DNA from: Vicugna vicugna
Lineage: Eukaryota
DNA length: 64,000 nucleotides
Direction of reading: 5' to 3'
Assembly: GCA_013265495.1 (NCBI GenBank)
Contig: MU058781.1
Span: 2,148,158-2,212,157 of the forward strand
Positions 50,556 to 63,820 of the stretch are shown here, in pieces. Made by a program: the position numbers and the translations under genes. A model generated the notes under the pieces. It saw only the letters and a program-made list of their open reading frames with translations. It did no database searches and was not told the origin of the DNA. The stretch's first letter is position 1; the number at the start of each line of letters is the position of its first letter.

Positions 50556-53500
50556 GTCTGTAAACTCTCTACAATGGTATTTAAATTTATTTTTTGCACG
50601 TGCATACAAGCATTTTTACTGATGAGTTTTTCACTGCATTCTCAAAGTGGTTCTTGAACCACAAAACTTTAATACCTTCAGGCTTTTCAGTGTGTAACTG
50701 TAGTGGCGTAGAAAAAAATCACCAAACACAACCCTTCTGGGAAGAAACAGGAGCCCACAAGTGAAGTGGGGAGTCAGGCTGGGAGTTGCAGTCCTTCTAC
50801 TTCCAACATTGATTAAAGGACTCTTCCTCAGGCAGCAGGAAATGCCACTAGGTGAAAATCCATCTTCCATCTTCATTATTCATTCAGAAGACCCTTCAAA
50901 TGCTCACAGGTACAGTGAGCCTGGTATAGTACCAGCACTTTGTCATATGTAAGCCTAACTTTAATAAAACTAGATTAAAAAATCATTTAAAAGATACATA
51001 TGAGGATGGATGCAATTCTTTACATAATGATGCAAAGTCTGTTTTCAAAGAGGTTCAATTTATAAAATGTTAATTTATGGGCTTGCTATGATGTCTGTAT
51101 AGTTTTTCAGAAATACTTAAGCATAATGAGAGTGACACTCCATGTGTGTTACTTTAGGTTAATCTCAGGTGTTAACCAAGAAGACCTAGTTAGGAGGTGG
51201 CCAGCCAGGGTTATACCAAAAAAGGCCATTCACATCTTTTACAAGGCCTCCTTGTTCAACTACCATGGCTTTGCTAATTTTTACATTAGGAATCAACCAT
51301 GGGTTTTTATTGACGAAACTAAAGTCTTGTTAATTACTTCTCATTGGTGAAATTAAAGGGATTCAAGATGTCTAGATTAGAGCTCAAAGATGCTCCTTCT
51401 CTGTGAATGAATGGGACCTAAGAATCGACTCAGTGATGGACTTCTCCTTGGAGATATTTTCTTAGCTTCAGCCCTATTTGGTGCTACAACCAGTCACTGA
51501 TTTAAGAGATGAGATGATGTCAATTATGATATTTTGACTCTTGCCCAAGGATATTTCTGTGTCTGCTGTGAGCAAACGTTTAACAGGACATGTTTGGAGC
51601 ACCTAAAGGAACAGAGATCTGAGACTTGATCAAGTTTAGAGAACCAGTTGATGAACTTTTCTGAGACTGCTTTGTTAATGAATGTTTATCAAATAAGTGT
51701 CCATTTGTATATGAGGATTTGGCCAAAGACTTGCTCTGTTTATGGCTTGCTAATGAGGTTGCAGAGGAAAGATAACTATTGCCCACTCAAATGTTTTTGA
51801 GGGCTACTGTGATCTACCAAACCAAAGCAAACCAAACAAAACTCCAAAAGTTGTCCATGACCAAACTGAATTATTTCTAATAATTCTATTTTTTCAGAGG
51901 CTTGCAAATTTTATATGTAATGTAGAATTTACCTACAAGGATTCAAACATTTTTATTACTCCAAAAATAGTGTAAGGAAAAAGGCTACCACTGAGGAGAA
52001 TTTAGTGAGATGTGGAAGAAGGGGTAAAAGGGCAGGTCTAAGAAGAGAGCCTAAGGAAGGTTTTCAGAGTATAGATGAAGATCTGCTCTAAAGCATCAAT
52101 TGGGGAAGGGGTAGGGCATGGAGGGACGGAGAAGTCATCTCTCAATGGAATGAATGGAAACAATGAACAGATGCACTACCCCTCCCCTGCCCCCAGTAGA
52201 AAAGTTAGAGAAACAAGTGACAACTTTGTTATTTCCAGAAACGCTTCAATGTACCACAAGAAGAGTTCTAACAGGATGATAAGTAGGGTATGACCGTAAT
52301 ATTTCTGAAAACTTTCTACTTCCGTTTTCAGAAATCTGTTTAAGAACTGTGAGCATTTTACTTGTCTCAGGACACTGCCATGGACCACCTCTTTGTAAGG
52401 ATTTCCTGAGTTCTGGGTTTAGCAAAGCCAATTAAACGTTTATTCAAGGTCTGTTGTGACTATGGTAGGCACTGAGTGGGAAAGCGGAGAAACACTCGAA
52501 CTAGTTTTGACCACAACAGCTGGTTGATTTTCCCATTTCACAGGCATTAAATAACTGGAGACCCATTCTGTGTACTTTGTGCTCATGACCATTATTGTAA
52601 TGTAATTTTGAGAAAGAGACCAGCGTAGGTAGACAAAAAGGCTTTAAAAAGAAGATAGGATTTGAACTGAAGTTGTAGTTTAAAAACATAAATATTTGTT
52701 TTGATGGGGGAAGGAGAATGTTTGGAACAGAGCAAAGGGGCCTGGCATGGGGAAGAGGGAAAGCAAGCAGTCCTCTACAGCAGGACAGCTGTGCCACCTG
52801 TAAGTATGAGGGCTTGGGACACAAAGGGCCCTGTTCCCCACTCTCTGCAGCCAGTCTTGGCTGAATTATGCAGTGTCAAGCAGGCCTGTGATTTACGTGG
52901 CAGCCTGGGGGAGAGAGTGCCCTGTGTCCACCACCGAGTAAAAAAAAGTCAAAACTGTAACAACAAAACTCATATACAAAAAATGTCAGGCCATGATCTG
53001 ATTTACCCACAGGCAAGGAATAATCTGCAAGTCTATGTGGTACTAAGCTGGTGACCTAACAGGTTCAAAATCATACAGGAAGGGGACTGAGAAACAAGAA
53101 TGAGCATGGGAGAAACAAGGAGAACTCAGGAGTCCTACTTAGAGTGAGAAGGAAGGGGCTTCCCAGGTTCTCAGCTGGGCACCCCCAGAGCCTGGTCCTA
53201 CCTAAGCAAATTTTGCTAGTTTACCCCCCAAACCCAGCACACAGGAAAAGGCTGCTAATCAGCATGTAAACAAATCATGCTAATTTAGAACACTTTGCTT
53301 TCATTGAAATCAAACACAATTAACTTATTATTTTAACTACCCAGTGGAGTCCGTGGTGGAATTTTAAAAACCAAGGAAAAGAATATGATAACTTTAGAGA
53401 GTTCAAAGAACAGTCAGACCATTTTATCAGCACAATTGTTTGGGACGTCGCTGTTTTCTGAAAGCATTAGGAAGGAGAAGGTCCTCAGAGAGCGTTTGTC

Positions 53501-53654
53501 CACTCTACTCATTTACAGGTGAGGACACAGAGGTCGGAACGTGCCTGATTACTCAGCTGTTTAGAGTAAGGTCAGTGTTCGGACAAGACTGCAGAGATTC
53601 CTGATCTTTCAATGAAATCTGTTAGCAAATTATGAGTATTTATAAAGCTCACAG

Positions 53655-54720
53655 GTTTTTTTTTTTAATTTTTGTTAAAACACAATTCTCCTAACATACA
53701 ATTCACTAATTCAAACAGTACATACTGACGGCCTTTAATATATTCACAGAGTTGTATATCCATCACCACAATTGATTTTAGAATATTTTCATTACCCTAA
53801 AAGAAACCCCAAGCCCCTTAGCTGTCAGCCCCAAATATCTCTATTTGCCCATGTCTGCATTTTCTTTGGAAAAATTTCTATTCAGGTATGTTGCCCCTTC
53901 AGCCCTCGGCAGCTACTAGTCTACTTTCTCTATCATTCATCAGTTCTGGACATTTCATTAAATGAAGTCATAAAAAATGTGGTCTTTTGAAACTGGCTTC
54001 TTTTACTTAGTATGTTTTCAAGATTCACCCATGTTGCAGCATGTATCAATACTTTGTTTTGTTTTATTGTTGAGTAATATTCTGTTGTCTGGCTATACTG
54101 CGTTTTATTTATCCATTCATCAGTTGTTGGACACTGGGTTGTTTCCACTTTTGGGCTATATAATGCTGCTATATACATTCATGTACGAGTTTTTGCGTGG
54201 ATATATATTTTCATTTCTCTTGGGTACATACCTGTGAATGGAACTGCCAAATCATAAGTTAACTCTATGTTTAACTGTTTAAGGAACTGCTTGATTGTTT
54301 TCCAAAGTATCAGCACCATTTTACGTTCCCATTGACAGTGTATAGGGCTTCCAGGTTTTCCACATTCTCACCAGCACTTGTTATTATCTGGACCCTTTTT
54401 ATTGTGACCATCTTAGCGGATGTGCAGTGGTAACTCACTATGGTTTTGATTTGCATTTCTCTGATGACTAGCGATGTTAAGCATCTTCTTTATGTGCCTG
54501 TTGGCGATTTGTGTATCTTCTTTGGAGAAATGTCTATTCAGATTCTTTCCCATTTTTAATTAAGTTATTTGTCTTGAGTTGTAACAGCTTATAAATTCTA
54601 GATACAAGTCCCTTATCAGATACATGATGTGCAAAACTTTTCTCCCCTTCTGTGGGTTGTCTTTTTACCTTCTTGATGGTGTCTTTTAAGGCACGTAAAT
54701 TTTAAAATTTGATAACTTCA
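53655..54720 (-). mobile_element. L1M (MB-type) 3' end, about 1.05 kb
   Basis: Poly(T) head and antisense 3'UTR; ORF 53933-54178 reads TDEWINK...EYYSTIK...ATWVNLENIL. Confidence 0.93.
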
Positions 54721-57700
54721 TAGGCTTTTAAATGGTGAATTATATTTTCTCCATCTTTGGATCATTTCAAATAGACCTTATAGTGTATGTGGTAATTAAC
54801 TATTTGCTAAAGAACATAGAGTGTATGGATCTACATGATGTAGTTTCAACTAGATATAAAGGGCAATAAAATGGATAGAAGCTTCAGTATTAGAGGAAAC
54901 AGCAAAAAAAAAAAAATAGGGTGTAGAGCTTGATGGTGTTTTGTGGAGAAGGGCCTTTGCAGTCTTGTACGAGTAGGGCTCACTCTAATTGCCTAATACC
55001 AAAAGGCCCCTAATCAGCGTCATCATGAGAAGAAATAATATCCTTAGGGAACAGAACTCATGCAGATAAGGACAATCACAAGAGATTATAGTTTAAAAAT
55101 TTCTGCATTCTTCTGTTTAGAATAAACAGAGCTCCCACAGCAATAACTGTTTATCCATGAAGCCAGGTGTGCTTGCTTATTCTCAATCCAGTTACTTTAC
55201 TGCATACATACAACACAGGGTTTCTGATAGATGTATGTGTATTTACGTATGGGTGAGCGTTTTTATTACACTTGTGGATGAAGCCAGAGTTCCAGGTTGT
55301 TATCATTTTAACATGAATAGAATGAAGTTGGGTTTTTTTTCCTTGTTATTTTTCTTGTCTTTCTCCCTTCACCTCCCCCAATCCTGCCACTTCCCGTCTA
55401 AACACAGGAATATACTAATCAGGGAAATATGCACTGCTGTTCAGTAAAGGGGTCAAATCCATTTGGATGGAATTCCAGGCTCACTGTGCTAACAATGGCA
55501 GGAAACCGGGTCCTCAAGCTGGCTGCAGTGTGGAGCTGTTGAGCGATAGATTGTTGAAAGAGCCGGCCCTGGGGTATGCTGCTTTGGCTTGCTGTGTGTT
55601 TGGAATGCTGCAATTGTTCCAGACACAATGAGGGATCTGTCTGTCCACACAGGAGAAGTTGTAATTACAGGAACAGAAGCTAAATTACTGCTCTTAATTG
55701 CAAATGATTCCATAGTGGTCTGTATACAACACTGCTAATTTGTCCTCTGGACTTTATAGGGACAGGCTGAATTTTTAATTAAATGATTTTGGTGATTAGA
55801 GGAGTAGACCTTATACCTTAAACCTACTTCATCCTCCTGCAGATATTGCCACAGGAGGAGAAAGATCCCTTCCGACTATCTGTCTTGTTGATTTTGATGA
55901 CTCAGGCTAGTGATATTGTTTCTGCTGAGAAGACAATGTTTCAAGTCTCACTGTCTTTGGTGTCCTAAAACCTTGATTTGTTGTGACCATAACATCCTGT
56001 AGAGAGGTTTCCTTGTATATATCACTTAGGAGCCATTTCCTAATAAAGAAAGAAGGTTGAAATCTGACCTGGCATCTTATTCTGGAAAACAGTTACAACA
56101 GATGAGAGTCTGCAGCCAAACATATCACCAAGTGGATAATCTTTGTTGTTGTTGTAAACTAGGATCTTTGTCTCTTTATCTATTAGGGCCTACTATACCA
56201 GGTATTGTATTAGGAATGGGTTGAAAAATAGCATAAGAAAAGGTCTACTCCATGAGCTTACAATCTCAGTGGGGACCAAAACATGCCAATGAACAAGGCA
56301 GTGGGATTGTATCATGACAGAGTTATGCATATTTCATAGCCTACAGATAAGAGTGATGAAAAACATTTCAAGAAACAGCCAAAAACCTTTCCTCACATAT
56401 CATTGCTCAGAATTGAGATGTGGACCAATGCTAAACCAGCCTGCTACGGCAACTGGGCTGACTCTTAGACCAGTCAGGTCCACTTAAGGAGATGGGAGGA
56501 GGGACAGCTTTCCACCACACAAGGCAAAACGGGGAGTTATGGATACCTGAATAAAGTCCAGGCTTTGTTTGAAAGGAGACAGGAGAATAATGTTAGGAGA
56601 TAATATCCAATGCCTTGGACTGACGTGTCAGAGAGCTGGCTCCTGCAGCAGTGCAGAGAGTGGGGTGGCGGGGGCAGACTGAAGGCAGGGAGACGGGGAG
56701 GACGGACCTGCTGCAGCGTTTGTGGGGAGGTGATGCGGCCTCGAACTGAAGTGATGACAGTTAGCAAGAGAAGACGGAACGGTTTTGGGAGCTACGGGGA
56801 AGAATTTATGGTAGTGATTCTTAAATGTTTTGAGGGAAATGAACCCTTCTGAGAATCTGATACAGGCACTATTGTATTAAATGCCGAGCTTGCTGATTTG
56901 CTCTGTTCTAGCATCAGTGTGACCTCGATGGCAGGGAAGAGGGGCTGGTGAGGCCTTTGTATGAGCCACAGTTCTCGGTTTGGGTGGGCACCAGTGATTT
57001 CTAACCGCATCATGGGATTTGGAGAGAGAAAGAACGAGAAGCAGTATTTATCAGGGACTATTTCTATCATGCTTTGAGGCCCACCAAGAAGATGGGAAAA
57101 CGGAGATATTATACATGCTGTTCAATGGCTTCTCCTGTAAAACGGCAGCTGTAGGGTTTGAGCTCGAGTTTGAATCACAAGAGCAAGCAGCCTCCTACTG
57201 GTGCTGCCATATTTGGTCCCAATGTGAATTACCATGATTACCAGCTTTTTTCTTTCCTGAAATCCTTTGGTGGCCCCTGTTTGTACAGCTGAAGGAGACA
57301 GTCACTACCTCATTCCTGACAGTTTTGGGAGCTGACAGAAGACATTCAAGGAATGACATCAAGCAGCTTTCCTCAAGGTCATTTCCTGTCCATGATCTCT
57401 GCAAAGATCACATTCCTTAAGGATGTGTAGGGGTCAGAAACAGTCCCTATTCTGTCAGGCGAGAGATGCCTGGGGCAGCTGTGACAGGCAGATGAGTGTA
57501 TGTGTGTGTCTACATCCTCTGTGACATGCTTTGCTGATGAACACACTCTCCCGACACTTGGCTAAAAACAAACTAGGCTGCATGACTCATGCTTGAACTG
57601 AAGTCTTCACCCTGAGTCAATAATTCTCATTTTAAATGCAAATGCTGAGTTCAACATCTACAGAAGGTTATACTGCTTGTGGAAGCTCTTTATATTAATT

Positions 57701-57859
57701 TGGCTTATTAGAAATAGCACCTCCTTAGGTTCTTGAAGCAGGACATTCTTAAGTGGATGTTCAGTGCCTCTGCCCCCTTCCTTAGCCAGGTCTCACCAAA
57801 AAATGGGTGCAGTTGTAGGTGCTAAGAGAAGGCAGAAGACAGATGACAAGGTTTGGTGT

Positions 57860-58050
57860 CAGGAAGTCTTGGTTTCATGTGTGGGTTCTGCCTTTTATTC
57901 CCACATAGTGGTGGATAATTTATGCATCTGAGCATTAGTCTACTCGCCTATGAAATGGACATAATCACACAAAACTGAAAAGGTCTTTATGAGACTTGAA
58001 GACGATGTGTGGAAAGTACCTGGATACACAGTAGATGCTTAACAACATGG
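57860..58050 (+). mobile_element. MIR SINE, diverged
   Basis: gtcaggaagtcttggtttca...tatgaaatggacataat...tacacagtagatgctt. Confidence 0.6.
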
Positions 58051-59340
58051 GCGACAGTGTCCACTCTGCTAGAGACAGCATCTCCTCCCTTCTCCCTTAT
58101 TTTATATTAAGGGCTTTATTTCTTTAAAGGAGAAAGACATTCAGTCTAAGTGATGTATACTATGTATACACAAGAGTGGCTTTTGCCACCTCTCCTGTCA
58201 TCTTTGTACTTTGCATCACCCTACAGGAGGACATTGGTTAGTGCAAGCGTGATGAGGAGAGAGAAACAGAAAGTGCAGGATCGGGAGAACTCACGTCTAT
58301 CTCTGGGTCTTCTTTAACTTGATAAGGGCCCATGGAAGAGTCATCTAAACTCATGGCACCTCCGTTTACTTGTCTGTAAAAAGAGAGGCTTGAACTGAAA
58401 GATCTTTCAGAGACTTCAGGCTCTTTCCAGAGGCTGTTCTCTCTCACGGGCTGACTTAAATTCTGGTGATGAGCCGTTCAGTGCACAAAACACTACCACT
58501 CTGCTAAGTCTTGTAGATGTTCTTCTGTCCTGGCTGACACTTGGGACCAAATTTCCTATGGCCAGCACACTAAATAATGCCTTTACTATGAATGTTCCTC
58601 TAGAGCACAAGGCAGACAGGGCTTGCCTCTGCTAATCAGCCTACACATTTCCAGGAAAATTTTTTTCTCCTTGTTATTCATACACATGGCTAGTGCATGT
58701 GCAGATTTTAAAACAGTGATTTATAAGGGGGTGGATTTCCCCGAAACATAATTTGCGCTAATTATGTCAGCTGGTTAAAATTGGTATCCTGGCATGAGCT
58801 TGTTAAGACATTAAATACCACTATTCTTGTTTTTCTCATACGCAGGAATGAATGGTAGGTACAATTTCCTAAAGCATCAGAGGGACTGTGTCTATTCATG
58901 CTTGATCTGAGGGTGTGGAATGTAAATCTTTTCTCCAAGGGAAAGCTGACAAACTAAATGAGTTTGCTCGGGCCAAGTGTTAGTATCAGAAGTCTCCTCA
59001 AACCTTGTTGGAATCCTAGCATATTAGAGGTTGGAAGGAGCCTAAAGGATTTCTGGGTAATTCCTTCTCCTTCTCTCACTTGTCCGCCTTTTAGCTCAAA
59101 AATGAACTCTGCATAAAATATACTACTTTAAAGAAAATTTTCACTTAGAAAAAGTCACTTCTGCAGGAACAAAAACTGCCCCAAGTGGTGAGGTATCTCA
59201 GATGGGAATGTTTTTCAGTAAGCAACTTAAATTCTCTATAGTCCGAAAAATATACCAAATAAGTTGTATCAGGGTTTTTCACATCTAGTTCTTTTGAAAG
59301 ACAAATTTACACTATGAATGCTAAGAGGTCAGTGTGGATT

Positions 59341-59359
59341 TTGCCAGCAGGTGGCACCA
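59341..59359 (+). promoter_or_regulatory. CTCF core motif
   Basis: TTGCCAGCAGGTGGCACCA matches CCASYAGRKGGCR at every position. Confidence 0.6.
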
Positions 59360-60019
59360 AATGTTTTCATTAGAAAAATAACATTGTGAAGGAAAACCTC
59401 CTGTGCATCCTCCCTGCTAGTAAAAAAGCCTTTTAAGTGAGTGTTGTGGTTCATTTACTCAAACTCAGGAAACATGTGCCTTTCTATTTGGTAGCTCTCT
59501 GGCAGCGCACCGTTGTAGTTCAGGGTGAGTTATTTCCTTAAAGTTCGTTAAAAGGGAAGTATGGTGAAATGAAAGACTCGAAACAAAGCTTTATTAGAGT
59601 TTTGCCAACCAATTAAAGTCCAATCTCCCAGCCTACAAACCCTTCCAACAGCCCTTTCTAGGACTGTGAGTACACAGGATGCTGAAACAAAGGACAGTGA
59701 GATGGTGGATGCTTCAGTTTTCCCTTTCAATCACTTGCAGTGCAATCTTATTTTTTTCAGACCCCAAGCCAGCTTTTACGGTCTAGTTAAAATTTTGTTC
59801 TGCTTAGAAAAGAGTATCATAAAGTGACATTACTGATTCAGGCTCTGTTTTGGAGGGGTACACCTACACCTTCAGGTGTGTGTGGTGAGGGGGATATTTT
59901 TCTGCCTCTGTTGAGAGATACCAGAAGAAAATGCTGGCATACTTAAGATCCTGAAAAATATTGGAAAATTTATGCCAAATTTTAATTCTTATAGACTTAA
60001 AAAAATAAAAGGAATGTAA

Positions 60020-60560
60020 ATGCATTTATTCATTTATTTATCTGAAAAATATTAATTGAGTATCTACCATGCTGGGCATTGTACTAAAGAGCCAGGGATA
60101 CAGTGACTAAGAAAAACATGTGGTTTCTGCTCTTGGGGGTGCTTATCGTCTAGTGGAAGAACCAGATACTAATCAAATCACACACATGAATGCACAGAAA
60201 CAAACTGAGGAAAGTGCTTTGAAGGAAAGAAACACTGTCCCATGATGCTGTTGAACTAAGGAAGCAGACCAAGATTCTAGGGGAGATGGAAGCAGTCAAG
60301 GTTTCCTAGAAGTGACCCTACCTGAGCTGAGATTTGAAGAATGTGAAGGAATTAGGTGAAAGCGTGGGAGGAGCTGGGAAGAACGTTCAGACCAGACAGT
60401 AGCAATTTCAAAGACCCTGGGATGGGAGGGAGAAGGGAGAGTTTGAGACATGGAGCTGCAGGTGGAGAAGGAGCTCAGCGATGGAAAGGGAGAATGGATG
60501 CTGTTACAGGAGTGAAAACTCATCACGATTTTGGCACTCTTCTGAGTCTTTATTATATTT
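60020..60560 (-). mobile_element. L2 LINE 3' region
   Basis: attgagtatctaccatgctgggcattgt...tctagtggaag...tgagctgagatttgaagaatg. Confidence 0.8.
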
Positions 60561-60879
60561 CCCCTCCACCAAAAAAAAAATGGCTAGCACACACATTCTA
60601 AAACTCTATTAACCACTTGATCCTTACTAGTCCCCTGCTTTTATAGTATTGTTGGTTTGAAGTCCGTGTTCAAATATTCCTGAAAAGTTTGGGCACTTAC
60701 CTTTCCCCAGCACAGTGACTTACAGAAACAGACACAAGTGCCTTTGGGGAAGACAAGGAAGAAAATTTGCAGAATACACTTGCAATATTAGTAGAACGTG
60801 ATTCCTTAAGCATTCTCTTTCCCCTGTCATTAGAGGATGTGACTCTCTGAACTGACTGGGATTTAGAAATGGTCTTAAC

Positions 60880-61720
60880 TTTCAGACATGGTGGTAGTCT
60901 TGATTCGACAGACCTGAAATTTTTTCAGTTGTATACATCTGGCTGGGCTAGAATCTCCATGACCAATCTGCCACACCCTAAAATCCCAGCAGGTCTGTCT
61001 TCTGATGAGCCCTGATGTCTATTAAGGTAACCATACACTTTGTGACTGTTCTAGCGTAACTACTTGCCCTTTGCCACCTTTGGACTTTCTCATGTTCATT
61101 GTAATCAGAGTCCTGTTTCTACTAGCATCCCAAGTCCACAGAGAGTAGCCACTACACTGCTTTTCAAAGATGCTGGTACTTTCCCTCACCCGTGTCTGTC
61201 TCAGGCCTTGATGAGATCATCTATAGGGCTAAATATACAGCCACATTCCTATCTCTTGACATATTTGAATTCTTCTCTCCAATTAAGCCTCACCATTTCC
61301 AGTATCTCAACTTTCTCTAAACTATACCTCCAACTGATCTCAAGTTTCCTTTAGCCAGCACTCGAACTATCAGAACCACTCTCAGCTGCTCAAGTTAGCA
61401 TCACTACATCCAGAATCATTGCTAAGGGTATCCAAATTTACTGTGAATAAAATGATGTTCCTTCCTCTGTGATCAGTAGTCCTCAGGATCCCTTTCCTCA
61501 CATATTTTCAGATCTTCGCCAGTATAATTGAGTAAAGTCCTGTAAATCTATCAGTGGGTAAATCTCCCAGTGGGTAAATCTCCTACTGGGTTAACATTGT
61601 AAATACCCCTCCTCTCCTGGAAAATGTTGGGCTGTGACTTTAGTTACAGGTCTTGGGGTATCAAGAATCAGTGTGTATGGGGTGGGGATAGAGCATGAAG
61701 AAACTCTGCTCCCTCTTCCA
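60880..61720 (-). mobile_element. ERVL internal (gag-like) remnant, heavily decayed
   Basis: Minus strand gatcctgagg...gaggaaggaacat...gattctggat...gataggaatgt...ccagcatctttgaaaagc follows remembered ERVL gag; no intact ORF. Confidence 0.65.
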
Positions 61721-62044
61721 AGGTAATAATGGCCTCTGGGAGAATGTAGCAGTGTTCTCAGGCCAGACATGAAGAGCCTAATCAGACAAGGAAGAAGAGG
61801 ATGCTAAGGGAGGCAAGAGGGGCTAAGAGGGGGCTGAGAGTCGAGAAAACTGGACATCTCTATATCATCCCATACATCCCCATTCCAGCTCTCTTGTGAT
61901 CAATTTCCTTACATATACAAAAGAAACATCATGAAGATATGAGTTCAGCAGACAATGTAACTCAGTAAGCTTAAACTTTGCCTTTGGTTTCCAGCTACCC
62001 CAGCCCCATTTTTTTGGCACAGTCACTGAAATTCTTGGTTAAAG

Positions 62045-62455
62045 TCCATGGCTTTATGCTTTTCATCCGTCTTTCAATGTCAATACCCCCAACTGAGTCC
62101 CTTTGGCCCTTTTCACTTCAGTGCACACATGGCAGACTGGAAGGACAGCGAAGGAACACCCTTGGCAGCAGCACTCAGCCAGTGACTGGTGGGGAACGGT
62201 GTACAAGCACTCCAGCTGCCTTGTCCCTTGGGTGGGATGCTTCTGGCATACACCTTACTCTCTCACCTAGAGCACCCCATGGGCTCGAGCTCCAGTTGCT
62301 CATGGTGGTAACTAGCTTGGTAATTGCTTGGCTTCCTTCTCCCTCTTTCACTCCCCAGCTCTCCTGCTGGTGTTCTGGGATCACCTCCCAAATAAACTAC
62401 TTGCACTTGAATTCTTGTCTCAGGGTCTATTTCCAGGCAAATCCAAACCAAGAAA
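62045..62455 (+). mobile_element. ERVL LTR16-like solo LTR
   Basis: ctgggatcacctcccaaataaactacttgcacttgaattcttgtctcagggtct...caaaccaaga is the LTR16 3' end. Confidence 0.88.
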
Positions 62456-62604
62456 GGACCTTACTGGAAAAATCCCAGGTAACTCACAGACGGATGAAGA
62501 TGAATAGGGGACAAGAGATGCCAAGGAATAAGATACACTGCCATTCTTGATTCATGGGAACATCTGGTTGGGATGCCCCTTCGAGACACCACATCTTCTA
62601 GAAC

Positions 62605-62818
62605 ATGCATTCTCCACAGGAGTGATATCACCCCCGAAGGGGCAAAATACATGAACTCTTCTCTTTGTGTATAAAGCATGGATATACATACAGTACATAA
62701 GAAGATATACTGTGTATCTGTTGTCTTAAAATTATATGGTGGGAAGAAATTTAGGGGAAAAGTGTCTAAAAAGCCTCCTTAGTAGAGCAATAATGAAAAA
62801 ATGGTCGAGACACATAGT
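62605..62818 (+). mobile_element. hAT-Charlie MITE (MER112-like)
   Basis: gtgatatcaccccc...cagtacataa...tgtctaaaaagcctccttag...ataatgaaaaaa; flanks ttctagaa / ttttagac fit the Charlie 8-bp target. Confidence 0.75.
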
Positions 62819-63614
62819 TTTAGACACAGTGCCACGAATGATACACTGCTGCCCGGAATTCTAATCACAGCATCACCTTCTTAAGGATCATGGTCTGATG
62901 GGAATATCTGATAGACAGAGTATATATCACATGATCCAGTTCTAGTTGTAGGGGTGGGGATAGGGAACATCTGCCCATTTCCCCTTCTGCTGTAGCTGTC
63001 AGAGTCCAGCTTTCCCCTAAGACTCACAAAATAGAGTCCTCCTCTCAAAATCTGAAGGAGGTCTAGGTGTTCTGAACAGTTGTGGACCTTGAGGAGTTTG
63101 AGGGCTCGATCTTGGAAACTCCTGATTTTGCCTCCTTCCAGAAAGTAGAATTTACTCAGAGGTGCTTGTGGGAGACATCAAATATGTCTTGGGTTATTAA
63201 AGTATACCAGAGGTTTATAAACTATTCATCAGAGCAGCTTTTAAAATAGGCAACAGTCTAGTTCAGTGTTGTTGAGAGAAAAATGTGAGGTAAGAGAGAT
63301 ATCCTTTTTGATATCCCCTTGGATTTGGACCTTTAAGTTCATGCACATATACATTTTGGAAACAGGCATTTAGAAGTACTAATTCAGCTAGATGTCACCC
63401 CACCCCTACGGGATGGTGGAGAGATAACACTACTCAGGAGATCTCAGCATTGCCAGTGGCCAGGGGTGGGATCACAAGCAAGTCTGTTGCTTCTCTTACT
63501 GTTTGAGAAGGGTGTTGCACTAAAGGATTTTAGGGTCTCTTCTATTTCTGCCATTTTACATATCAAGGGAGGTAGGAAGAGGGGATGGAGGAAAAGAAGA
63601 AAAGGAGGAACAAA

Positions 63615-63820
63615 ATATGTATTGTGGCTTTCTCATGTGTCATGATCCTTTAACTCTAATAATACCAAGGAGAAGACTTTATTATTTTCATTGCGTAATG
63701 AGGAAGTTGAAGTTTAGAGAGGTTCAGTCACTTGCCCAAGTTCACTCAGAAACTAAATAACACTCAAACCAAGAATTGTCTGATTTTGAAAGTCATGTAC
63801 TTTCCACCAAACCGCACTGT
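63615..63820 (-). mobile_element. MIR SINE
   Basis: atgaggaagttgaagtttagagaggttcagtcacttgcccaagttcac. Confidence 0.8.

Noticed and set aside
50391..50609. Proline-rich ORF
   Set aside because: Antisense of the GGT repeat.
61978..62550. 190-aa ORF
   Set aside because: Runs through an LTR16 solo LTR and starts at a non-ATG codon.
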